Assembly (NCBI GenBank): GCA_963847185.1
Contig: CAWJYV010000008.1
Span: 864,001 to 928,000 of the forward strand
Length of the DNA stretch: 64,000 nt
Reading direction: 5' to 3'
Source: an uncultured Methanosarcinaceae archaeon
GTDB taxonomy: Archaea; Halobacteriota; Methanosarcinia; Methanosarcinales; Methanosarcinaceae
The notes under the pieces are model-generated. The model ran no database searches. It was given only the letters and a program-made list of their open reading frames with translations, and had not been told where the DNA came from. This document shows positions 41,086 to 49,446 of the stretch, one piece after another; position 1 is the stretch's first letter, and each line of letters opens with the position of its first letter. The translations under genes and the position numbers were made by a program.

Positions 41086-41646
41086 ATGTGGAACAAATTT
41101 ACAAAAGATAATAATGGATTCACAGGACTTGAAGCAGCAATCGTACTCGTGGCCTTTGTAGTTGTAGCTGCAGTTTTCAGCTACGTCATGCTGGGAGCAG
41201 GCTTCTATACAACTCAGAAAAGCCAGGAAGTCGTGCACACAGGTGTAACTCAGGCAAGTAGCAGTGTTGAACTAAGTGGAGATGTAATCGCTAAAGATAC
41301 TACTCCTGCTGACGATACGATCGACGGTGTCGATATATTCCTGCAGTTGACTTCAGGCGGTTCATCAGTGGATATGTCCAAGACTCTAATAGTTTACTCT
41401 GACCCGGATACAAAGCCAACTGAGTTGACTCTTGGTGCTGGGTTCACTATACCGGCCAAATTTAACGCCAACACTGATAACCTTATAGACAGGGGCGAGA
41501 AATTCCAAGTTAATGTCCCTATAGTTACCTATGGTGTGGGAGCTAATGACGAATTCCAGCTTGAAATCAAACCACCTCAGGGAGCTACCTATACAATTCA
41601 CAGGACTGCACCTGCAGCAATCCCTGCAATCATGACACTCGTCTAA
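41086..41646 (+). CDS. flaB: Archaellin (type B, pair 2)
   Basis: NNG|FTGLEAAIVL; ATG at 41086 after GAGGTGA; closest to 38880-39476. Confidence 0.95.
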   Translation: MWNKFTKDNNGFTGLEAAIVLVAFVVVAAVFSYVMLGAGFYTTQKSQEVVHTGVTQASSSVELSGDVIAKDTTPADDTIDGVDIFLQLTSGGSSVDMSKTLIVYSDPDTKPTELTLGAGFTIPAKFNANTDNLIDRGEKFQVNVPIVTYGVGANDEFQLEIKPPQGATYTIHRTAPAAIPAIMTLV

Positions 41647-41657
41647 GATTGAAGCAG

Positions 41658-41697
41658 TAATGACACTCAACTGAGTGTCATTATCTTTTTATTTTTT
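41658..41697 (+). terminator. Intra-operon hairpin plus T-tract after archaellin pair 2
   Basis: TAATGACACTCA-AC-TGAGTGTCATTA, a perfect 12-bp inverted repeat. Confidence 0.7.
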
Positions 41698-41719
41698 ATG
41701 CTACAGTTTTGGTGATATA

Positions 41720-42469
41720 ATGAATAGCAATATAGCTTTTGATCAATCTGATATTGATAAAATTGTAGCTGCAGCTGAAAGCGACACTATAGAATCTAAA
41801 GTCGCAAAACTTGAAGAAGAAGTAGCTGAGATCAAAGGCTCAATAAAGACTCTCCTTATGGATATCAGGGAGACAATGGGTGTGCTTGAAAACCCATTCC
41901 AGAATATTCAGGGTATTGCTACTATCTCGGGTGCTATTGTAAGTTCTCCTACTCCTCCTAAAGCTTCGGATGAACCTAATACTGAGGATAAGCTTCCTAA
42001 AGAAGAAGTAGAGGATGAACCGGAAATCATTGATAAAAAGAAACAGGTTCCGGTTGAACCGGCTCCAAAAAAGGCCTTTGAGGACTTAAAACAGGCTGCT
42101 AAAGCGCTACCTAATATTCCGGACTCTAGACTTATTGATCCTATGTCCTTTTACAAGACTATTGTCTGGAGCAAGGACATGGTCGAGAGATATGATTATG
42201 AGACCATAACGGAACTTGTTGACATCTTCTTCCTGTTAGGGTATATTAAAGGCGATATAAAAGAAATCGTTCTTAAGCTCACTGAATTACTGGATAAGAG
42301 CAATGACCTTGACGGTGCAGTAATGGATCTCTACAGACTTTATCACATACTCCACCCTGATGATATGTCTCTTGATTCCAAGGTGCTGGATTATGTTTTG
42401 AACGATAACGAACCGCGGGGGGCAGTTCGTGAAAAGCGCAGAAAGAATACTGAGTCTCAAATCTGTTAG
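41720..42469 (+). CDS. Archaellum accessory protein, FlaC/D/E (ArlCDE)-like
   Basis: N-terminal coiled coil ending ENPF, acidic linker, helical C-terminal domain; position between flaB and flaG. Confidence 0.65.
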   Translation: MNSNIAFDQSDIDKIVAAAESDTIESKVAKLEEEVAEIKGSIKTLLMDIRETMGVLENPFQNIQGIATISGAIVSSPTPPKASDEPNTEDKLPKEEVEDEPEIIDKKKQVPVEPAPKKAFEDLKQAAKALPNIPDSRLIDPMSFYKTIVWSKDMVERYDYETITELVDIFFLLGYIKGDIKEIVLKLTELLDKSNDLDGAVMDLYRLYHILHPDDMSLDSKVLDYVLNDNEPRGAVREKRRKNTESQIC

Positions 42470-42542
42470 GATTTATTTTTTGCCTTTTCAGATACGATCC
42501 ATAACTATGAATCAATATTTTATAATGTGACGGTGAAAAACT

Positions 42543-43016
42543 ATGGCAAAGGAAGTAATAACTACAGCAATACTCTTAATAGCGAGTGTTATAGCTGTAG
42601 TTGCCTTTGTTAATGCTGTTATTCCGTCCGTATACGATCTCTCTGGCTCTTATAATTCTATTGCACGTAATATGGGGGACCAGTTTAAAACAGATATTGA
42701 TATTATATTCATTTATCCAGAAGCTACTACTGTTACGATCTGGATTAAAAATGTTGGGTCATCGGACATTCCTCTTTCACAATTAGGTTATTCTGATGTC
42801 TTTGTATTATCTTCTTCAGGTTACTCTAATCCTGGCTTTCAAGCCGGTTCAAATCCATCCTGGGACTACACTCTTGTGAATGGGGGCGGCGATACATGGA
42901 ACCGTGGGGAAACAATTAAGGCAGTAATAAACTTCGATTCTCTGCCAAGTGCCACTTATCAGATTACCTTTTTCCTTTACAACGGGGTATCTGCAACGGA
43001 TAAATTCTCAAAGTGA
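42543..43016 (+). CDS. flaG: Archaellum protein FlaG (ArlG)
   Basis: N-terminal TM helix, TDIDII, IWIKNVGS, WNRGET. Confidence 0.85.
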   Translation: MAKEVITTAILLIASVIAVVAFVNAVIPSVYDLSGSYNSIARNMGDQFKTDIDIIFIYPEATTVTIWIKNVGSSDIPLSQLGYSDVFVLSSSGYSNPGFQAGSNPSWDYTLVNGGGDTWNRGETIKAVINFDSLPSATYQITFFLYNGVSATDKFSK

Positions 43017-43029
43017 TCTCGGGGATACT

Positions 43030-43497
43030 ATGGGTCTTGAAACCGTAATCGTAGCATTCTTTGCAGTTGGCACGATTTTAATTGTAGCGGGAACTCTAAC
43101 AATGGGAGCCAGTAATCTGGTTGAAACTTCCTATAACGGATATATTGCAATTTCTCAATCAACAATGGAAAGGCTTCATACCAGTATTGAGGTATCGAGC
43201 ATAACGTTTGATGGGGATAATCACGTTCATTTGACCGTTAATAATACTGGTGAGACCAAATTAGATAACTTCGCTCTCTGGGATATCGTTGTGGTTAACA
43301 ACGTCGAAGCTTCATATTTCACTAATAATAACGGTTATGTAATTACCTGCAATGAAGGTCTCCTGAACCCCGGTATCCTGGACCCACATGAAAATATCGA
43401 CATTGAATTATCAACTCCATTTGATCCTGGAGAAAGTTTACTTGTGAAAGTTAGCACAGATAATGGTATCGTTTCTTCCAAAGAGTATACAGTATGA
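43030..43497 (+). CDS. flaF: Archaellum protein FlaF (ArlF)
   Basis: MGLET + TM helix, VNNTGET, NPGILDPHE, STDNG. Confidence 0.85.
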   Translation: MGLETVIVAFFAVGTILIVAGTLTMGASNLVETSYNGYIAISQSTMERLHTSIEVSSITFDGDNHVHLTVNNTGETKLDNFALWDIVVVNNVEASYFTNNNGYVITCNEGLLNPGILDPHENIDIELSTPFDPGESLLVKVSTDNGIVSSKEYTV

Positions 43498-43509
43498 TAG
43501 GTGGATAAA

Positions 43510-44238
43510 ATGGGACAAATACTGGCACAAACAGAAGAGAAAAAGAATATTCTTTCGAGCGGCAATGATGAAATTGATAAAAAATTGGGTGAGGGTATTC
43601 CTTTAGGTTCTCTTGTGCTCATTGAAGGCGAAAACGATACTGGAAAGAGTGTGCTTTGCCAACAAATGACCTATGGTGGCTTGAACCAGCTTTATAAAAT
43701 AGCATACTATTCGACCGAAAATACTGTTAAAAGTATGCTTGCGCAAATGGACAGCCTTAGCCTTGATATCTCGGATTTTTATGCATGGGGCTATTTCAGA
43801 ATCTTTCCTGTCCACCTTGAGGGCGTTGAATGGACTTCCAATCAGATGAAAGGGACACTGCATCTTCTTATAAATCATATCAAGAGCGTAAGGGAAAAAG
43901 TCATTATAGTTGATTCTCTCACGATGTTTACTACTTATTCTGATGAAGATAATATCCTTGAATTTCTTACAAGTTTGAAAAATCTCTGTGACAAAGGATA
44001 TACAATTCTCATCACCCTGCACCAGCATGCTTTCAAAGAAGACACACTTGTAAGAATCAGATCTGCTTGTGATTGTCACCTATTTCTCAGAAAGGAGCAG
44101 CTCACTGACCGATACATTAGCGTCATGGAAGTTTCAAAAATAAGAGGCGCTAAGAAAAGCACAGGTAATATAGTGAGTTTTGAAGTTCAACCCGGATTCG
44201 GATTAAAAATAATTCCGATCTCGCAGGCCAAGGTATAA
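43510..44238 (+). CDS. flaH: Archaellum ATPase-like protein FlaH
   Basis: SSGNDEIDKKLGEGIP, Walker A GENDTGKS, VQPGFGLKIIP. Confidence 0.95.
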   Translation: MGQILAQTEEKKNILSSGNDEIDKKLGEGIPLGSLVLIEGENDTGKSVLCQQMTYGGLNQLYKIAYYSTENTVKSMLAQMDSLSLDISDFYAWGYFRIFPVHLEGVEWTSNQMKGTLHLLINHIKSVREKVIIVDSLTMFTTYSDEDNILEFLTSLKNLCDKGYTILITLHQHAFKEDTLVRIRSACDCHLFLRKEQLTDRYISVMEVSKIRGAKKSTGNIVSFEVQPGFGLKIIPISQAKV

Positions 44239-44268
44239 CACTATTTCAAATTATCACACGGGATATAC

Positions 44269-46110
44269 ATGGAAAATATTGAGGAAAAACTCATTCTTGA
44301 AGACGGTCATGCAACCGGGGTATACACAAACTTCCCTTTTAAACCAAAAAAGTACGAAGGACACGATCACTCAAACCTGAAAACATGTAATCTTTACAAG
44401 ATTCTACCTCCTGAAATGAAAAAAGAAGTTGAAACTAATCTTCATCTTCTCGAGTACCTGCATATTCTCCCAATCGATACAATCGGTATACCGAGGTATA
44501 TCCCCAAGCTCGAATCAAAACATGGTGATATAGCGGATCTCAATCTGATCTACAAAGTCAGTGACCAGACCTATGTACACATCTACCCGAATAAAAACGA
44601 TGTAAGGAATTTCTATATTCCAATAGAGCCCATACTTCTTACAGGAGTTGGAAGCCTCATCAAAGAATTGGAAATCAAACTTGTAGATCACCTTACAGGG
44701 ATTGAGTTTGATCCTGAGAATCTAGAAGAAAAAGAGAAGATATTAAGACAGGCCCTTGACGATATTTGTATAATAGGTAATCACAAGCCAGTTACTGACT
44801 CCGGCTCAGATGCCAAAAAATCACCTTTCTCTAAATCCTTTTTCGGTGGAAGCAAAAAAAAGGATGACCATATTTACCTGTCAAAAGAATACTATGACGC
44901 TTTAAAATATTCAATTATCAGGGATAAAATTGGGGTTGGCTTTCTTGATCCGTATATCCATGACAGCCATATCGAAGATATTACATGTAACGGTTTGGGC
45001 CCCATCTTCATTGAACATAAAGTGTTCAAAGGTTTGAGAAGTATTATTGAATTTAATGATGGCGACATACTTAATCAATATATCATAAGGCTTGCAGAAA
45101 GGATTGGAAAACCCATTACTTTCAAAAATCCTATCGTAGACTCCACACTTCCGGATGGGTCAAGGATTAACATTGTTTATGGTGACGATATAAGTAAAAA
45201 CGGAAGTAATTTTACCATAAGGAAGTTCAATGATATTCCATTCAGTATTGTTCAGATCGTAAAAAGCGGAACTATGAATTACATGGTTGCAGCTTATCTC
45301 TGGATCCTCATTTCTGAAGGTATGAGTGGTTTTATATGCGGTGAAACTGCAAGCGGTAAAACAACTACATTGAACGGGATTACAGCATTTATAAACCCTG
45401 ATTCAAAAATAGTCACAATTGAAGATACTCCTGAACTGCAGATTCCTCACAAAAACTGGACAAGAGAATCCACCAGAGGTAGTACACGAGGAAGCGGTCA
45501 AACTGGAGAAGGAAGCGGTTCTGACGTTACTATGTTTGACCTGCTCAAGGCAGCATTGAGGCAGAGGCCAAACTATATCCTGGTAGGAGAAATCCGAGGC
45601 GTTGAAGGAAACGTCGCATTTCAGGCTATGCAGACAGGCCACCCTGTTATGTCAACTTTTCACGCAGCTACTGTAGAAAAACTAATTCAGAGAGTTACTG
45701 CTGATCCTATCAACATTCCTAAAACATACATAGACAACCTGAATTTCGTTTTAATCCAATCCGCAGTCAGGAGACCGGATGGTAAACTTGTGAGAAGGGT
45801 GCTCAGTGTAAACGAGGTTCTGGGTTATAATCCGGATAAAGGGGGAATTTCTTTTATTGAAGCTTTTTCCTGGGATCCTGTCACTGACTCCTTTGTTTTC
45901 AGCGCAATGGGAAGTTCCTATCTTCTAGAGCAAAAAATAGCTACAAAGCTTGGAATTCCCGGCAGGAAGAAGAAAGTTATTTATGAAGAAATCGAAAAAA
46001 GAGCAAAAATACTGGAGAAGCTCAACGATGAAGGAGTTACAAGCTATTACGACTTCTTCAATACCATTGCAAAGATTACAAAACACGGTATGCTGAGAAT
46101 TCAATTTTAA
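44269..46110 (+). CDS. flaI: Archaellum ATPase FlaI
   Basis: GETASGKTT, IEDTPEL, ALRQRPNYILVGEIRG, TGHPVMSTFHA. Confidence 0.95.
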   Translation: MENIEEKLILEDGHATGVYTNFPFKPKKYEGHDHSNLKTCNLYKILPPEMKKEVETNLHLLEYLHILPIDTIGIPRYIPKLESKHGDIADLNLIYKVSDQTYVHIYPNKNDVRNFYIPIEPILLTGVGSLIKELEIKLVDHLTGIEFDPENLEEKEKILRQALDDICIIGNHKPVTDSGSDAKKSPFSKSFFGGSKKKDDHIYLSKEYYDALKYSIIRDKIGVGFLDPYIHDSHIEDITCNGLGPIFIEHKVFKGLRSIIEFNDGDILNQYIIRLAERIGKPITFKNPIVDSTLPDGSRINIVYGDDISKNGSNFTIRKFNDIPFSIVQIVKSGTMNYMVAAYLWILISEGMSGFICGETASGKTTTLNGITAFINPDSKIVTIEDTPELQIPHKNWTRESTRGSTRGSGQTGEGSGSDVTMFDLLKAALRQRPNYILVGEIRGVEGNVAFQAMQTGHPVMSTFHAATVEKLIQRVTADPINIPKTYIDNLNFVLIQSAVRRPDGKLVRRVLSVNEVLGYNPDKGGISFIEAFSWDPVTDSFVFSAMGSSYLLEQKIATKLGIPGRKKKVIYEEIEKRAKILEKLNDEGVTSYYDFFNTIAKITKHGMLRIQF

Positions 46111-46124
46111 AAACGGTGATTTAG

Positions 46125-47747
46125 ATGGAACTATCTGGAATAAAAAATATTTTCCGCAGAAAGTCTAATTCACAATCTATTCTTGACGAGCTTCTGCTCA
46201 AATTCGAACACTATAAGAATGAAATCTATATGAGTAACGATTTGCTTTTTTCGCTTACTTATATGGCATCAATTTCAACAGCTAATCTAACAAGAGATAA
46301 AATATTTGTAAGTATCTCTGGAAAAAAGGAATATTGCCCGAGTATCTACTTTAATCAGATCCGGGAACTGGCTCAGAACTGGCATTATGACTACGCTCAC
46401 GCATGTGAACTCATTTCCGAAAAAGTAACCAATGAAAGATTAAGGGAGCTTTTTAATAGATTATCAAATGCTATTTCCGCAGGAGAACCTGATAACGAAT
46501 TTCTCACTAAAGAATGGATATTATTTAAGACAAAAAGAAAAGACGAATTCGAAAGACAGCTTGAAACTACGAAAGAGTGGGCAAATGCTTACACGGCACT
46601 TCTTGTTTCCACATCTCTTATAGCTATAATTGTACTACTTTCCGTAATTTTATATAATCTCGGTAGCCCGGAGAGTACACTGTATTCCACAATGTTTATT
46701 GTAGCTTTAATGGCATTTGGCGGGGTAGCCTTACTGTTTAGAGCTTCACCTAAAGACTCCAGAGTTCACGGTTTACGCATAAAATCAACAGAGCAGGAAT
46801 TTATCCATAAGTGGCTTCCTCACACAGTTATACTATCCACTCTGTTTCTCTTATTACTTACAGTGTTGCCAGCTTTCATTGGCTCTGTTGATTTTTATGT
46901 CGACATTAAGGGAATTGGCATGATCCTGGCAGGGCTAGTAATGCTGCCTGTCGGGGTAAAGGCAGATAGAGATACGGTTAAAATAGATAAGAGAGATGAA
47001 AGTTTTACAACATTCATAAGGAGTCTGGGGTCCATTGTTAGCGGTTCGGGGCTGACAGTTCCTAAAGCTCTTTTAAAGATAGATCCAAAGAACATGGGTG
47101 AGCTTAAAGACATGAGTCAGGTCCTTTACAAGAGGCTGGCTTCCGGTCTTGACCCTAAACTATGCTGGGATAAATTCGTTGGAGAAACTGGCAGTTACCT
47201 GATCTACAAATTGACGTGTGTGTTCGTAGATGCTATAAATTTAGGAGGAAATGCAGGAACGGTAGGAGAACTTGTGAGTTCCTCCAATCTTGAGCTGGTG
47301 CTTTTAAGAATGAAAAGAGACCGTATCTCAAAGGCATTTGCCAATCTTGTTATACCTCTACATGTATCAATGGTCTCTCTTCTTCTATTCATGGGACAGA
47401 TTCTTACCGTTTTTACAACTATCATATCAAGTCTTTTCGTTCAGTTCAATATCTCTGGCTCGGAGCTTGATGGAATTCCGGGTGGTTTAGGGGGTATGAA
47501 TCTGGGCATATTTGGAGGGGTTCCTGTTGAATTACTGGGGCAGTTTGTTGTAGTGACAATATTAATTCTCACAATAGCCAACACGTTAGCAATTGTTGCT
47601 GTTAAAGGAGGGCCGATGTACATGGCAATATATTATGGTATGAGTTTGTTCATAACATCGGGAATATTAATGATCATAGTACCTCCCATAGTAGCCAGTA
47701 CGTTTTCCTTTGATGGATTAGCGGCAAATATGACAACAGGGGTGTAA
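46125..47747 (+). CDS. flaJ: Archaellum membrane platform protein FlaJ
   Basis: LTYMASIST, multi-TM T2SSF-like halves; follows flaI. Confidence 0.93.
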   Translation: MELSGIKNIFRRKSNSQSILDELLLKFEHYKNEIYMSNDLLFSLTYMASISTANLTRDKIFVSISGKKEYCPSIYFNQIRELAQNWHYDYAHACELISEKVTNERLRELFNRLSNAISAGEPDNEFLTKEWILFKTKRKDEFERQLETTKEWANAYTALLVSTSLIAIIVLLSVILYNLGSPESTLYSTMFIVALMAFGGVALLFRASPKDSRVHGLRIKSTEQEFIHKWLPHTVILSTLFLLLLTVLPAFIGSVDFYVDIKGIGMILAGLVMLPVGVKADRDTVKIDKRDESFTTFIRSLGSIVSGSGLTVPKALLKIDPKNMGELKDMSQVLYKRLASGLDPKLCWDKFVGETGSYLIYKLTCVFVDAINLGGNAGTVGELVSSSNLELVLLRMKRDRISKAFANLVIPLHVSMVSLLLFMGQILTVFTTIISSLFVQFNISGSELDGIPGGLGGMNLGIFGGVPVELLGQFVVVTILILTIANTLAIVAVKGGPMYMAIYYGMSLFITSGILMIIVPPIVASTFSFDGLAANMTTGV

Positions 47748-47750
47748 AAT

Positions 47751-48650
47751 ATGGATTTAGTCAACACAATCGAAACAAATTTTACTATCTTCATAGGGGT
47801 TTTTGTAACTCTGGCAGTAATGGGTATAACTACTTTATTTGATATATATAAAAATAAAAACGAAGATAAAAATGAAAATTCATTGAAATCCAGAGAGTTA
47901 AAACCTTCTTTCGATATGAATGAAAGAAAAGGGAATTTTAGCTCTAAGGGTTCGAATGTCTTTTCGGAGTTTAGTAATAAACTCAGCAGCTTAGTTCCAA
48001 AAAAAGCTAGCAAAAATAATTTTAATAATAGTGAAACAAAAAATTTGAACCCAGATAATGGAATCAATAAAATTTTTAGTAACCTAAAGGGCAAACTCTC
48101 GCTTCTTTCTTTATCACGGGATGGTAAAGGGGATAATCTCAATAGTGGAAAATCTGCCCTGAAATCTAATAAAAAATCAGGAACTTCAAAGCTTGGAGAG
48201 GATAACAAAGCCAGTAGTTTTGACATTGATCAGATAGTGAGGTCCAAAAAGGACGAGTTTGATTTTGAGGATGATCTTTTAACTGAAATGTCTACTTCTA
48301 GCAGTATAAAGGATCATAAAAATTCCAATAAAGATAGCAATGCAGCATCATTAAACAACGATTTAACGTTCGATGATAGTGAATTTGACATCGGATTCGG
48401 GGAAATGGATGATGGACAGCCTCAAGATGATCTATTATTCAATACCGGCGCTGAGAAGATAGCTTTAGCTGATGAACGTGATAGTTTACTTGATTCTCTA
48501 AAGAAAGATATTGTAATTACTAATGAGAATAAAATTGACTTCATGACTTCCATGAAAGGTGTAAATCTTGACGTGAAATTAATAAGATCTGACCTTGAGG
48601 ATGTTAGTAGAACTTTAAAAACATATAGGCAACGTTCTAACCATAATTGA
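47751..48650 (+). CDS. Hypothetical single-TM protein with basic low-complexity and acidic regions
   Basis: 299-aa ORF 3 nt after flaJ with a GGGGTG RBS-like site; N-terminal hydrophobic helix. Confidence 0.75.
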   Translation: MDLVNTIETNFTIFIGVFVTLAVMGITTLFDIYKNKNEDKNENSLKSRELKPSFDMNERKGNFSSKGSNVFSEFSNKLSSLVPKKASKNNFNNSETKNLNPDNGINKIFSNLKGKLSLLSLSRDGKGDNLNSGKSALKSNKKSGTSKLGEDNKASSFDIDQIVRSKKDEFDFEDDLLTEMSTSSSIKDHKNSNKDSNAASLNNDLTFDDSEFDIGFGEMDDGQPQDDLLFNTGAEKIALADERDSLLDSLKKDIVITNENKIDFMTSMKGVNLDVKLIRSDLEDVSRTLKTYRQRSNHN

Positions 48651-48764
48651 TTATAGTTTTTGATGTAAATATTTACACTTTACTACAGGCTGTAAGGAAA
48701 ATACCTTCAGCCTCCAGGAAAATTCAAGTTTCCATTATCAAGGGCACATGAAATCCGCTTTTGA

Positions 48765-48925
48765 TTCCGTAACCGCGGAATGCGCTGAAAAAGTCGTATT
48801 CATAAGTTAGTCCTCTTGAGCGCAACGAAAAGGACTGCGGGCTCCCGAATCGCAATTCGGGATGGAAAGCGCTAAAAAACTGTGCTCTTGCTCTCTTTAT
48901 TCCACGTTTTCCACATTTTCAATGT
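48765..48925 (-). repeat. Dispersed multi-hairpin repeat (best-preserved copy)
   Basis: Reverse complement reads GGAATAAAGAGAGCA..TTTAGCGCTTTCCAT-CCCGAATTGCGATTCGGG-AGCCCGCA-GTCCTTTTCGTTGCGCTCAAGAGGAC-TAACTTATG. Confidence 0.88.
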
Positions 48926-49158
48926 TTTCCGCGCTTTCCAGTTTTATCTCTTTTTTCGGACTAGTAAATGAAATTAAGGAACTGACTATAAAATTATATG
49001 AAATAGTAGAATTGGTTTAGGTTCCATGCCATAGAACTTACTTTCAGATTCGGAAAGTTTATAAAGTCGGAAGGTGTTATATTACTTTATTAAAATAAAT
49101 CTACAATTATCCATTATTTTTTTATTTTAAACACCCCCAAAATAAAAAAAAGTAAGTG

Positions 49159-49326
49159 ATGAAAATGATAGATGCAAAATATATAGGACTTATGTTTTTA
49201 GCAGTATTTTCAGGATCAATGCTTGTATACACCTGGCTGTCATTATATAATAGGTTCGATCCTGGCGTGATATTCTATGCAGTGCTTCTTATATTCTCTT
49301 TTTCTATGATGTTGATTAGAAGATAA
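49159..49326 (+). CDS. Small two-TM protein (55 aa), possibly truncated
   Basis: Manual translation MKMIDAKYIGLMFLAVFSGSMLVYTWLSLYNRFDPGVIFYAVLLIFSFSMMLIRR; TTTATA box upstream at about 49058. Confidence 0.55.
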   Translation: MKMIDAKYIGLMFLAVFSGSMLVYTWLSLYNRFDPGVIFYAVLLIFSFSMMLIRR

Positions 49327-49446
49327 AGGCATTTTGAGAATATTTAGATTTTAAAAATTATTTAAGAAAAATGCATTAATAAAAAAGCCTTAATTTCCAA
49401 AAATAAGCATATTTTCAGGTCTTAAATGAAAAAGGTAAGCAGAAGC

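Noticed and set aside
42467-42612. Pyrrolysine read-through of the TAG ending the flaCDE-like gene
   Set aside because: The extension is not protein-like and runs out of frame into flaG; I saw no gene in the window interrupted by an in-frame TAG
47633-48226. 197-aa hydrophobic minus-strand ORF
   Set aside because: Antisense of the Lys/Asn-rich gene after flaJ; the Leu/Phe richness is a complement artefact
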